NCBI GenBank assembly: GCA_039028615.1
Contig: JBCCHT010000001.1
Location: 288,001 to 352,000, forward strand
Length of the DNA: 64,000 nt
From: Myxococcota bacterium
GTDB lineage: Bacteria > Myxococcota_A > Polyangia > Nannocystales > Nannocystaceae
Direction of reading: 5' to 3'
Shown one piece after another: positions 10,452 to 19,951 of the stretch. The translations under genes and the position numbers were made by a program. Within the stretch, counting starts at the first letter, position 1, and the number at the start of each line of letters is the position of its first letter. Below the pieces are notes generated by a model that saw only the letters and a program-made list of their open reading frames with translations, made no database searches and was not told where the DNA came from.

Positions 10452-11831
10452 TCAGAACTCCGCGTAGGCCTCGACGATGGAGCGCATGCTCGACCCCGAG
10501 CGCAATAGGCGGAGCGCGTGGCCTCCCGGGCACTCGAGCTGCTCTGCGCGTCGATACAGCGGCTTGAGGAAGACCTCTTCTCCTCGGCCGCGCTCTTGCA
10601 GACCGCGATGAGAGAGTTCGACGAGGCGCTCGAGGACCTTGCGCATCTCCGCCGCCGGGGCGATTTCTTCCTGGCGGCCGACGTTCACCAGCCGTCGGAG
10701 CTCGGAGTTCGACAGAGACGTGCCGAGCGCGTCGAGCACTTCCTCCACCTCGAGGAGATGCTCGCGACATCCGAGCACGAACGCGGCCGGAGCGAACGCG
10801 TCTCGCAGCGGCTGCTCGCAGAACGAGCGAATCTCCACCGTCTTGTGCTTCGTGAGCGTGATGTTCTTGAAGCCCTTGAACCCCTCGAGGTGCTCGAGGC
10901 TCGGATGGACGACCGTCTCGCGGGGCTTGGTCCAGTCCTCCATGAACCACCCGGGGAGGGTCTCCGTCTCGGGCATCAGCAAGTAGTCGCGGAGCGGGAG
11001 CGGACGGAAGCAGATGAGCCCCGGGTCGGGCGTCTTCCACATCGCGAGGTCGGCCATGGCCTCGCAGACGTCCGTGACGCTGCGAAAGTCCCGGTCGTGT
11101 GGACCGAGGTTGCCCTCGAGCGTCCCGTAGACGCTGTCCGCATAGAACAGGTCTCGGCTTCCCACCCACGGCCCGACCGCCTCCCCCTCGCGCGGAGGCA
11201 CGATGGAGTTGGAGAACAGTAGAGCGAAGATCCAGTCGAGCTTCGAGTAGACGCGGAACACATCGGGCAGCTCGTCGACACTACAGTCGACGTGCACCTG
11301 CGAGGCGTTGACGAACGCGAAGAAGTCTCGATGATAAAACTGTGACTGTTTCGGGTGCACCTGCGCGAAGTGACGAAGCAGTCGATAGTTCGAGACCTCC
11401 AGGGGGTCGGTGTTCATCGTCTGGAAGTTGGGGTGGAGCCCCAACCCAGACAAGACCACGCCCTCGGGGGCCAAGGCCTGCTGCATGCAACGAAGGTAGT
11501 CGTAGCTGCGCTCGGCGACCTCGTTCAGGTCCTGCCCCGGTGCGAGCGCCAGCTCGATCATGTGGAAGCAGTACTCGAACGCGATGAAGTCACCGTTGCG
11601 GGTATTCGTGGCCGCGACGAGTCGGCCCGACGCGTCGCGCTTCCCGGGCTCGAGGGCAAAGGTCTCGACGAGACGCTCCAGCGCCGCGACGGCCACGTCG
11701 GGTTCGACGGAGCCGCCATCGAGCGCGACCAGAGGGATCTCGAGCTCGATACCGAAATCAGAGCCGGACTTTCGAACCATCGGCTCGACGTAACGTTCAA
11801 AGAGAATTTCGGCCGCGTGCATGGGAATCAA
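10452..11831 (-). CDS. Glutamate-cysteine ligase family 2 (GCS2)-like gamma-glutamyl ligase
   Basis: FGIELE, GLGLHP, ASQVHVD, VEIRSFCEQP. Confidence 0.75.
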   Translation of the reverse strand: MIPMHAAEILFERYVEPMVRKSGSDFGIELEIPLVALDGGSVEPDVAVAALERLVETFALEPGKRDASGRLVAATNTRNGDFIAFEYCFHMIELALAPGQDLNEVAERSYDYLRCMQQALAPEGVVLSGLGLHPNFQTMNTDPLEVSNYRLLRHFAQVHPKQSQFYHRDFFAFVNASQVHVDCSVDELPDVFRVYSKLDWIFALLFSNSIVPPREGEAVGPWVGSRDLFYADSVYGTLEGNLGPHDRDFRSVTDVCEAMADLAMWKTPDPGLICFRPLPLRDYLLMPETETLPGWFMEDWTKPRETVVHPSLEHLEGFKGFKNITLTKHKTVEIRSFCEQPLRDAFAPAAFVLGCREHLLEVEEVLDALGTSLSNSELRRLVNVGRQEEIAPAAEMRKVLERLVELSHRGLQERGRGEEVFLKPLYRRAEQLECPGGHALRLLRSGSSMRSIVEAYAEF

Positions 11832-14371
11832 CCGTGACGGGATGCAGAGCGCGGAGTCGAAGTCTCGGCTTCGACATCATCACCGCGGCGGGCGGTCGCA
11901 TCGACCGCGCACACGCGAAGCTCACACGTGTAAGAGCGCCCGGAGGCGTCGGGAAGCCAGGTCTCGTGGGGCCCGGGCAGCATCTCGGAGACGTCGACGT
12001 ACTCGACCTTCGACGTGATGTAGAGCAGCGCCTCCACGAGGAAGGGGTTGTCGAAGTCGATCATGATCGGCTTCCGCTCGCTCGGGCTCTTGACGAAGAC
12101 GCGACGGGGAAGACCGTGGGTCTGCGCCCAGCGACGCACGGAGAGAAAGCTCGCCGCATCTCCCCCCGCGGCCTTCGTGGGACAAGGCAGGCGCCACCGT
12201 TCGCGGGAGATGACGACCCCATCGACGGTGACCCGGGGCAGGCGCTCGCTGTCGAGGAGCTGAAACGACTCCGGCGCAGCGTTGACCAGGTAGTTGTCGA
12301 GCACCACGCGAAAGTCCAGCGTCAGGCGCCCATCTCGTGTCGCCACCACGAGCGTGCCCTCGGCGTCACGAGTGACGACGAGGTCTCCGATCGCGAGGGT
12401 CCGCGCCACCGCCGGATCCGGGGGAGGCCACGAAGTGTCCAGCACCGTGAGGGACGGGCAGTTGGGCGGCACGTGATGCCGCGCGCGTTGAAACTCTTCT
12501 CCCGGCGGAGCGGGGCGAACGACCTGCGGCAGGTCCTGCGCGTAGGCCTGCGTCGCGACGGCGAGCACGTCTGGGGAGAGCTTCAGGATGCATGGGAACA
12601 GCACCGTGTTCGCGCAGGGGTGAATCTCACCGAGCACGGGCAGGAAGTCGCCGCTCGCCATGGCTTCCGCGCTCGATGCCGCGAACATCAGGTCGGGAGA
12701 CTGAAAGCAGGCGTTCGGCCACCCCGGCTCGCTCGCCTCGAGCAGCGGCCCCAGGCGCTTCCTCATCTCGGTCACCGTCAGCTCGACGGGCGCGTAGTCG
12801 GCATCGACATTGAGCGAGTCCAGCCACGCCCGCTGGAAGTCGACGAGCAAGACCTCACCGCGAGCTTGGTTGAGGAATCGTTCGGACGCCGTCGCGAGAA
12901 AGCGCGGGAAGTCGGCCCTTCCCGTGGCGTCCGCGAGCTCGGTCTGCAGCGCATCGAACTCGGGGAGCAGGTCCTCCCACAGCCGGGCCGTGTAAGCACG
13001 GATCGTGTCGTAGACGAGCTCGAGCGGCTCGAGGCGCGGCAAGACGTCTTCGCTGACGTTCATGCCGACATCTCGAGCGCATTCGAGGTACGCGATGCTT
13101 CGCGCTTCGTAGGTCTTGCCTCCGCCGCGGCGTGCCGACCATCCCGTGACCTCCTCGAAGAAACGCTCGAGTTCGGTCAACGCCGCCTTCACCTCCGCGA
13201 CGCCTCGAGACTCTTCGAGGGCGGTCCGCAGCTGCTCGAGCCGCTCGAGTCGCGCCTCCCACGGCGCATGGGCATCCGGGGGGAGAATGTTGGCGAGCTC
13301 CGTCCGTAGGGTCAGGTTCGGACGCGTGTCGAGCACGGGCACGATGGGCACGCGGGTGATGGCTCCACGCTCCTCGATCGAACTCAGGGCGGATTCGAGG
13401 TCGGCCGGGCTGTCGAAGACCGACTCGGCCTTGCACAGCAGTTTCTCGAGTTTGTGGATTGCACGGGTCCCATCACACAACCCCACGAGGCGTACCCAGG
13501 CCGGAGGAAGCTCCTCCGTCCGCCCATCGGCATGACGGAGCGTGTGCCCCTCCACGTAGACCGTGGGCATCTTGCGGGGTCGCAGATGCGGCTTTGCCTG
13601 GGGATCGCGTGCGACGGCCTGCGCGATCTGGACCATCGCCCAGTGCTCCAGGAACACCTCGCGCTTTCGCAGCAACGAGGCACCCGGCTCGAAGCTCGAG
13701 GGCCCATCGACGAACTCGCCGACCGAAGCCGCACCGAAGTAGCCAATCGTGTCGTTCTTGGCCAAGAAGCGCTGCAGGTACATCATGGCGAGCCGCTCGC
13801 CCGTACGCACCGAGTGATTCCGCTCGACGGGAAGACCATCGCCGATGAGGGCCTCGACCCGCGTGGAGGCGGTGGGGCTCTGCCAGTGCACCGCTTCGCG
13901 CACCGCGTCGTCGGAGACGAGCTCCCGCAAGGTCTGCCGCACTCGGGGCAGCTCTTCGCCCCACGCGGACATGAAGCTGTCGAACGCGGCCTCTCTCGAT
14001 TCTTCCGCGACGACCCATTGTCCGAGTTGCGGAATTCGGCCGCCCAACGCCGCGAGATCCTCCTCGCGCAAACGCTTGCTCGCCCGAAGCTTGGTTCGGG
14101 CCCGCCGTGCCCGGATCTTGAGGGCACGACGCTCCGCTTCGTCGACCTCCTCGTAGGCATACTGCTGCAGGGCCTTCAGCGCCTGCTGTCGGGCGAGTGC
14201 GGCTTCGTGGGTCCGAGAGGCAAGCTCGTCTGCCGCAGCGGAAGCGGCATCGACACAAAGGCGCCCGAGCCCCTCGATGGGAAAGCCCGCCGAGCGTACG
14301 AGGAACCACTGCCAATACCGCCATCGCGATGCTGAGGAGCCGCGGTGATGGGACAGTGAAGGAGTCTGCAT
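11828..14371 (-). CDS. Stand-alone lantibiotic dehydratase glutamylation domain (small LanB / PEARL-like peptide aminoacyl-tRNA ligase)
   Basis: LVRSAGFP, YLQRFLAKNDTIGYFG, SPD, GEIHP, ERKP..IDF, SEMLP...ELR; about 847 aa; no elimination domain. Confidence 0.85.
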   Translation of the reverse strand: MQTPSLSHHRGSSASRWRYWQWFLVRSAGFPIEGLGRLCVDAASAAADELASRTHEAALARQQALKALQQYAYEEVDEAERRALKIRARRARTKLRASKRLREEDLAALGGRIPQLGQWVVAEESREAAFDSFMSAWGEELPRVRQTLRELVSDDAVREAVHWQSPTASTRVEALIGDGLPVERNHSVRTGERLAMMYLQRFLAKNDTIGYFGAASVGEFVDGPSSFEPGASLLRKREVFLEHWAMVQIAQAVARDPQAKPHLRPRKMPTVYVEGHTLRHADGRTEELPPAWVRLVGLCDGTRAIHKLEKLLCKAESVFDSPADLESALSSIEERGAITRVPIVPVLDTRPNLTLRTELANILPPDAHAPWEARLERLEQLRTALEESRGVAEVKAALTELERFFEEVTGWSARRGGGKTYEARSIAYLECARDVGMNVSEDVLPRLEPLELVYDTIRAYTARLWEDLLPEFDALQTELADATGRADFPRFLATASERFLNQARGEVLLVDFQRAWLDSLNVDADYAPVELTVTEMRKRLGPLLEASEPGWPNACFQSPDLMFAASSAEAMASGDFLPVLGEIHPCANTVLFPCILKLSPDVLAVATQAYAQDLPQVVRPAPPGEEFQRARHHVPPNCPSLTVLDTSWPPPDPAVARTLAIGDLVVTRDAEGTLVVATRDGRLTLDFRVVLDNYLVNAAPESFQLLDSERLPRVTVDGVVISRERWRLPCPTKAAGGDAASFLSVRRWAQTHGLPRRVFVKSPSERKPIMIDFDNPFLVEALLYITSKVEYVDVSEMLPGPHETWLPDASGRSYTCELRVCAVDATARRGDDVEAETSTPRSASRHG

Positions 14372-14583
14372 GTAGTTACCCAAGATGTACGCACGCTCAG
14401 CGACACACCCAGACGACGGTGGCTTAGCATGGACTCGGCCTACGTTCAAACGGTAGAACGGCCCCCAGAGTTCCCCTGGTGACGTTCTGAGGGCAAACGG
14501 CCCGGTGTCCGCTCGGCCCCGCGCAACGCCCAGCGCCTATGAAAACCGCGCCCTCGGATCACGACCGAATTCGAGGGTGTGGC

Positions 14584-15828
14584 TCAGCCTTTGGTGGCGA
14601 CCGGGAGGTGAAAGCGAAAGCGGTTGTCTTCAATGAGACGGGAGTAGCTGCCGAATGTCGCATCTGGATTACTCACGCGATCCAGACTGGTTTCTTCGTC
14701 CGGCACGTGATCCCCGGAAAAGCGGCGAAGTGTTCGATAACGAGTATCGCGCTCGACCGGCACACGGCCGGCCTCGCGAATGATCCGTCGAAGACTCGCG
14801 GGAGATTGGAATTGCCCATGCCGAGCCCCCGCGGAAGTGGAGATACTCTCATTGATGAGTGTGCCCCCTAGATCATTGGCACCACAGCTCAGCATTGCTT
14901 GCGCCATATTGACCCCTTCTTTGACCCAGGACACCTGAATATTGCGGAAGGTGGCACCGAGCATGAGTCGCGCAATCGCGTACAGCCGCGTCACTTCATT
15001 CGCCGTCGGGCCGGGGCGGAGCGAGGGCAGAAGCCGTCGCATGTGCATCGGTGCTTCTTCGTGGACGAACGACAGCGGCACGAACTCCGTGAACCCTCCC
15101 GTTTCACTCTGTAGCCGCCGCAGATAGTCGAGATGCCGCATCCGCTGCAGGTCGTTCTCGATGTGGCCATGCATCAACGTCGCGGTCGTGGGCACCCCCG
15201 CGGCGTGCGCGGCCCGAATCACCTCGGTCCACTCTGCCGTCGTGATCCGACCCGGAGCGATTTTGTCGCGCACGCCGTCGTCGAACACCTCCGCTGCGGT
15301 CCCAGGCAAGCTGTCGACACCGGCCTCTTTGAGTTCGACGATGAACTCTGCGATTGACACCCCTCGGAGCTCGGCGCCGAACTTCACCTCTTCTGGGGAG
15401 AACGCATGCACATGCAGCGCGGGCACGGCCGCCTTCACCGCCTGCACGAGATCGACGTAGTAGTCGGGGTCCTGGCCCGGAGCGAGCCCGCCTTGAATGC
15501 AGACTTCGGTCGCCCCGTAGTCGTGGGCCTCCTTGGCGCGACGCACAATCTCGTCGGTATCGAGAAAGTAGCCCTCTTCGCTGCGGCGTGTTCGCGAAAA
15601 GGCGCAGAACCGACAGCCCTTGATGCAGACGTTGGTGAAGTTGATGTTCCGATTGATGACGTAGCCGACGTCGTCGCCCACCTGCTGCCGTCGAAGCTCG
15701 TCCGCCGTCTGCATCAGGGCATGAAGCTCGGGGCCGTTGACCGTGCACAGCCGGACGGCGTCGTCGACCGCGAGTTCACGGCCGTTCAGCACGCCGTCGA
15801 GGATGGTCCTGATTTCTCGATCAGACAT
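14584..15828 (-). CDS. cofH: FO synthase subunit CofH (radical SAM)
   Basis: NRNINFTNVCIKGCRFC, SLPGTAAE, EFVPL, NIQVSWVK, GANDLGGTL. Confidence 0.93.
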   Translation of the reverse strand: MSDREIRTILDGVLNGRELAVDDAVRLCTVNGPELHALMQTADELRRQQVGDDVGYVINRNINFTNVCIKGCRFCAFSRTRRSEEGYFLDTDEIVRRAKEAHDYGATEVCIQGGLAPGQDPDYYVDLVQAVKAAVPALHVHAFSPEEVKFGAELRGVSIAEFIVELKEAGVDSLPGTAAEVFDDGVRDKIAPGRITTAEWTEVIRAAHAAGVPTTATLMHGHIENDLQRMRHLDYLRRLQSETGGFTEFVPLSFVHEEAPMHMRRLLPSLRPGPTANEVTRLYAIARLMLGATFRNIQVSWVKEGVNMAQAMLSCGANDLGGTLINESISTSAGARHGQFQSPASLRRIIREAGRVPVERDTRYRTLRRFSGDHVPDEETSLDRVSNPDATFGSYSRLIEDNRFRFHLPVATKG

Positions 15829-16975
15829 GGGAGATTTCCTCGGACGCCAGGCGTGACCGCGCGGCATGGACCTGCTCGTGCAGCTGCGGATCCAGCCACA
15901 CCTCGTCGATGTAGCGATCGTAGATCGGCAGCCGGGGTTGGAGCGTGAAGCCCTGCTCTTCGCATCGTTGCGCCATCCGCTTCAGGTGCGGCCAAGGATG
16001 CCTCGGGTTGATGTAGTCGGGTGTGACCGGCGAAATGCCCCCGAAGTCGTTGATGCCCGCGCCGAGGAGCGCTCGAATCGAAGACGGGTTGAGGTTCGGC
16101 GGCGCTTGGATCGAGATCTCGGGGTCGAGGATCAGGCGCGCCAGCGCGACCGTGTCGAGGATGACGTCCTCGTCGGGTTCGGGAGCGTCCGCCATGCGGG
16201 TCCCGGCCACCGCCCGAAAGTTCTGCACGATGACCTCTTGGATGTGCCCGTGTTCGCGATGGCTGCGACGAATCGCGAGCAGACTCTGCACCCGCTCGCG
16301 CCGCGTCTCGCCGATGCCGACCAGGATTCCCGTGGTCATCGGGATGCGCAACGCTCCCGCCTGGTCGATCATGCGCATGCGCTTGGCGGGGCGCTTGTCC
16401 GGGGCGCGGTGATGCGGCATGCCCCGTTCGCACAGCCGAGGGCTGATGTTCTCGAGCATGATGCCGAGGCTCACGTTGACTTCTCGCAGCCGTCGCATCG
16501 CCTCGACATCGAGGATGCCCGCGTTGGTATGCGGCAACAGGCCGAGGCTCAGCGCACGCTGGCCGGCCCAGACCAGATAGTCGACCGTACTCCCCTGCCC
16601 CAGTTGCTGGAGGGTCTTGCGGTACGAGCCGAACGCGGTCTCCGGTGTGTCGCCGAGGCAGAGCAGAGCCTCTGCGCAGCCCTCGCCACGGGCGCGATTC
16701 AGGGCTTGCTCGACCTGCTCGGGCGTCATCGTCCACTCCCCCGGGTCACCCGGTGAGCGACGGAACGAACAGTAGTCGCAGCGATTGCGGCACAAGTTCG
16801 TCAGCGGCAAAAAGACCTTGGGCGAAAACGTGACCGTGTTGCCGAAGTAGCGGTCTCGCAAGGCCGCCGCCTCGGCGCGCAACTCGGCCGCTGGCACCCC
16901 GGTCTCGACCAGGGCCAGCGCCTCCCCTTCGAGGAGTAACGGTGGTGATTGCACGCGGGGCGCTTGGAGCTGCAT
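15821..16975 (-). CDS. cofG: FO synthase subunit CofG (radical SAM)
   Basis: VTFSPKVFLPLTNLCRNRCDYC, LPHTNAG, QEVIVQNF, QAPPNL, GGISPVTPDYINP. Confidence 0.93.
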   Translation of the reverse strand: MQLQAPRVQSPPLLLEGEALALVETGVPAAELRAEAAALRDRYFGNTVTFSPKVFLPLTNLCRNRCDYCSFRRSPGDPGEWTMTPEQVEQALNRARGEGCAEALLCLGDTPETAFGSYRKTLQQLGQGSTVDYLVWAGQRALSLGLLPHTNAGILDVEAMRRLREVNVSLGIMLENISPRLCERGMPHHRAPDKRPAKRMRMIDQAGALRIPMTTGILVGIGETRRERVQSLLAIRRSHREHGHIQEVIVQNFRAVAGTRMADAPEPDEDVILDTVALARLILDPEISIQAPPNLNPSSIRALLGAGINDFGGISPVTPDYINPRHPWPHLKRMAQRCEEQGFTLQPRLPIYDRYIDEVWLDPQLHEQVHAARSRLASEEISHV

Positions 16976-16996
16976 GGCTTCGTGCGAACTCGCGAC

Positions 16997-17785
16997 TCAG
17001 TCGCGCTTCGCTGCGCAGGCGGACACGAATGCCTCGTACACGCGAGTGAACCCCACGTGGTTTCGCCCGGAGCGTTCGATGTCGCCCTGAATGCCCACGA
17101 TGAAGTGGTCGGGGTCTGCCGACTCGATGCACTCCACCACGCCGTCGGGCGAGCGCCCGGAGACGATCAGCCCTTCACCGATCGTGTCGACCGCCTGGTG
17201 ATGCATCGAGGGCATGATTCCGCTCTTGCTCTGGAACGCCGCGTGCACTCGAGTGCCCTCGACGATCTCGAACGGGTGGTGATGGATGTACCCGTTGTTG
17301 TCGAGCTCGTGCATGAGGGTCGCGACGTCGGAGACTTCCTGATGGAGCGTGCCTCCGTGCGCGACGTTGAGCAGCTGCATGCCGCGGCACAGCCCCATGA
17401 TCGGCAGGCCCCGGCTCTTCGCCTCGCGGAAAATCGCCAGCTCGAAGTGGTCCCGCACCTTGTTGGGGCCCATCATCGGGGGACGCAGGTAGGGCTTGCC
17501 GAAGACGATGGCCTCGCCGCTGTAGTTGACCTTTTGCTCCTGGCCGTAGTTGGACGGGTCGACGTCCTGGCCCCCGGGGAAGAGCACCCCGTCCAAAGCG
17601 GCCACCAGGTCGGGAACGTGCTCGATCGGCGAAACGTCGGTGAGCAGCACCGGATTGCCTCCTGCGGCCGCGATCGGCTCGAGCATCGCCGTGGTGAGTA
17701 TGGTGACTTGGCGACGCAGCGCGCCGTGGACGTTCACCCAGGTGGTGAGCCCTGGAACTCCGATGAGCGGTTTTCTTGAAGGCAT
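16997..17785 (-). CDS. Gamma-glutamyl-gamma-aminobutyrate hydrolase family (peptidase C26)
   Basis: PGGQDVDP..YG, GLCRGMQLLNVAHGGTL, SMHHQA; the usual QWHPE is replaced by QGDIE. Confidence 0.85.
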   Translation of the reverse strand: MPSRKPLIGVPGLTTWVNVHGALRRQVTILTTAMLEPIAAAGGNPVLLTDVSPIEHVPDLVAALDGVLFPGGQDVDPSNYGQEQKVNYSGEAIVFGKPYLRPPMMGPNKVRDHFELAIFREAKSRGLPIMGLCRGMQLLNVAHGGTLHQEVSDVATLMHELDNNGYIHHHPFEIVEGTRVHAAFQSKSGIMPSMHHQAVDTIGEGLIVSGRSPDGVVECIESADPDHFIVGIQGDIERSGRNHVGFTRVYEAFVSACAAKRD

Positions 17786-18149
17786 TCTCTTGCTTTGGCT
17801 TTCAGGCGAGCGACCAGTCCCAGCCGGCCGGCGAACGGCCGCCAGCGGCCTCCCGCTCGGAAACGTCCGCCCTGGCGTTCGGCAATGCACAAAGACCGAG
17901 AGCGGAGCGACGAACGACGACGAGTCTGGTTTCGCTCGCGGGTACTGTGCGCTGTGCAGCCAGGCACCGAGTAACCTAGCAGGGCGACAGAGCCCCCTCA
18001 ACGAAAGTCATGGTGAAGATCTGTGGAGTCTCTTCACCTACCAATCGAGTCGTGCGAGAGGTCACGCTCGGCGCTGCCGCGGCGCATCACGTCTGGAGCG
18101 TGTCCGGGCGGTCTGCCTGCTATGGTCCGCGGGCGTTCAAGCGAGCTCA

Positions 18150-19052
18150 ATGATGTCGAAAAAACGTATCGGACTGTACATCGACCTGTGGGATCAAGGC
18201 GTCGACGGCAAGGAATATGGCTGGAAAGACGTCAAGGGAATGGCGCAGATTGCCGAGCAGAACAATTTCGACACCTTCTCGCTTCCCGATCGCTTGCACA
18301 TCTGGGGACATGGTCAATGGGAGTCGACCACCATGCTCGCCGCCGTTGCGGCAGTGACGTCCACCATCAAGTTGGAAATTGGGGTTATGCGATCGATTTA
18401 TCGCAACCCCACACTCGTCGGAAAGATCGTCGACAGTATTCAGGAGATCAGCGGAGGTCGCCTGATCTTGGGACTGGGCGCGGGCAGCGACGTCGGCGAG
18501 AACAAAGAGTACGGCTACCCCGAGAACTACCGCTATTCGCGATTCGAGGAATCTCTGCAGATTCTCCTCTCGCTCCTGCACACTGGCAAGGCGGACTTTC
18601 AGGGTCGGTTCTACCAAGCCAACAATTGCATGCTCACGCATCGCGAGTCGAAGCACCCGGTGCCGCCCCTGTTCATCGCGGCGAAGGGCCCGAAGATGCT
18701 GCGACTCGCTGCTCGCCACGCCGACATCTGGAACATTCCCATCGTCCCGGACTCCCCGGACGGGTGGAAGACCCACCTGAAGGACCTCGAAGAAGCGTGC
18801 GAGGAAGTCGGGCGAGATCCCGCGACGCTCGAGAAGCACGCCATCGTGGCGATTCCGTCCCCGAACAAGGACATCAAGCACCCCGGCGAGGGCTTCGACG
18901 GAACGCCGCTGAGCCGAGACGCCCGACAGGCCGCCGATCAGGTGGAGGTGTTCTTCGAGGCCGGGTTCAAGGAAATCCTGCTTTGGCCCGCGGTGTGCTC
19001 GGCTCAGGCCGTCGAAGAGATGGTCCCGCTCGTCGAGCTGCTGAAGAGCTAG
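18150..19052 (+). CDS. LLM-class (luciferase-like) oxidoreductase, probably F420-dependent
   Basis: LAAVAAVTSTIKL, RNP, ISGGRLILGLGAG, GPKMLRLAARHAD; flanked by F420 genes. Confidence 0.88.
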   Translation: MMSKKRIGLYIDLWDQGVDGKEYGWKDVKGMAQIAEQNNFDTFSLPDRLHIWGHGQWESTTMLAAVAAVTSTIKLEIGVMRSIYRNPTLVGKIVDSIQEISGGRLILGLGAGSDVGENKEYGYPENYRYSRFEESLQILLSLLHTGKADFQGRFYQANNCMLTHRESKHPVPPLFIAAKGPKMLRLAARHADIWNIPIVPDSPDGWKTHLKDLEEACEEVGRDPATLEKHAIVAIPSPNKDIKHPGEGFDGTPLSRDARQAADQVEVFFEAGFKEILLWPAVCSAQAVEEMVPLVELLKS

Positions 19053-19086
19053 CGACTCGCGACGCCACAGGCTCCGCCATTCGGCT

Positions 19087-19113
19087 CAGAACCCCCGGTC
19101 ACCGGGGGTTCTG
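19087..19113. terminator. Perfect 12-bp hairpin after the LLM gene
   Basis: CAGAACCCCCGG-TCA-CCGGGGGTTCTG. Confidence 0.5.
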
Positions 19114-19436
19114 CGATCTGGCCCTACGCACGTCGTCGGCCCCCCATCGACAGTCAGGGTACGATCTCATTGACCTTGTGGCAGTTGCCGTTGTGTTGCC
19201 GCCATTCGCCGCTCGTCTGGGGGAAGAAAGTAGTTCTCGCAGGGGAGGAAATCTCCCACTTTGTAGTTGTGGGTCTCGGAAGTAGCCCTGTTGTTTCACG
19301 GAGACCGAGCCCGTCCAGGGCGCGCCAGCCTCTGCACATCCCCGTTTCGCGTGCTAGCTTGAAAAGGCGCCCGTATGTCGCGAGCGCTTCTGCCAACGAC
19401 GTCTCGCCGAACTGACGCGACGAAAGGTCTGCAGCG

Positions 19437-19922
19437 ATGAAATATCGTTGTCTTTGTCTCGCGATCCTTCTCCTCCCCCTCGCAGGCTGCGGCCGAACGG
19501 AGCTACGGCCGAGTGACGCACCGACGATGGAAGCGCATGAGGGGCTCGTGGCCTTCGTCGTGGACACCGACCGCCCGGTCGTGGCGGTGCACTACGTGTC
19601 GCCGGACAATGACAACCAGTTCAGCTTGCTGTCGGCGGAACAGGGCACGTCGATTCAGGTCCATCGTGTCCCCGCGGACCGCTACTGCATCCGCGCCGTG
19701 AAGTGGCCCGTTGGCAACTTCAACGCAGACTACCGCGGCAAAGGTCCGATCCTTTGCATGGAGGTGAAACCCGGCGTGCTCAACTACCCGGGGCACCTGC
19801 AGCTCGCCGACGGCAAGAACACCCTCTCACGCTCGGGGTTCAAGGGTCGCTATCTTCCGGCCGTCGAAGACTTCGAGGAGCGACTGCGCGGGGAGTATCC
19901 AGAGCTTGTGCCGCTGCTTTGA
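19437..19922 (+). CDS. Hypothetical lipoprotein
   Basis: Signal peptide with LAGC lipobox. Confidence 0.75.
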   Translation: MKYRCLCLAILLLPLAGCGRTELRPSDAPTMEAHEGLVAFVVDTDRPVVAVHYVSPDNDNQFSLLSAEQGTSIQVHRVPADRYCIRAVKWPVGNFNADYRGKGPILCMEVKPGVLNYPGHLQLADGKNTLSRSGFKGRYLPAVEDFEERLRGEYPELVPLL

Positions 19923-19951
19923 GGTCAGGCCCCCCAGTCCACCCTATCGGT

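Noticed and set aside
11828..14371. Class I lanthipeptide or thiopeptide cluster
   Set aside because: No elimination domain, LanC, YcaO or Ser/Thr/Cys-rich precursor in the window
19114..19436. Gene or precursor peptide in a lower-GC gap
   Set aside because: No frame gives a recognisable protein, RBS or host-like codon bias
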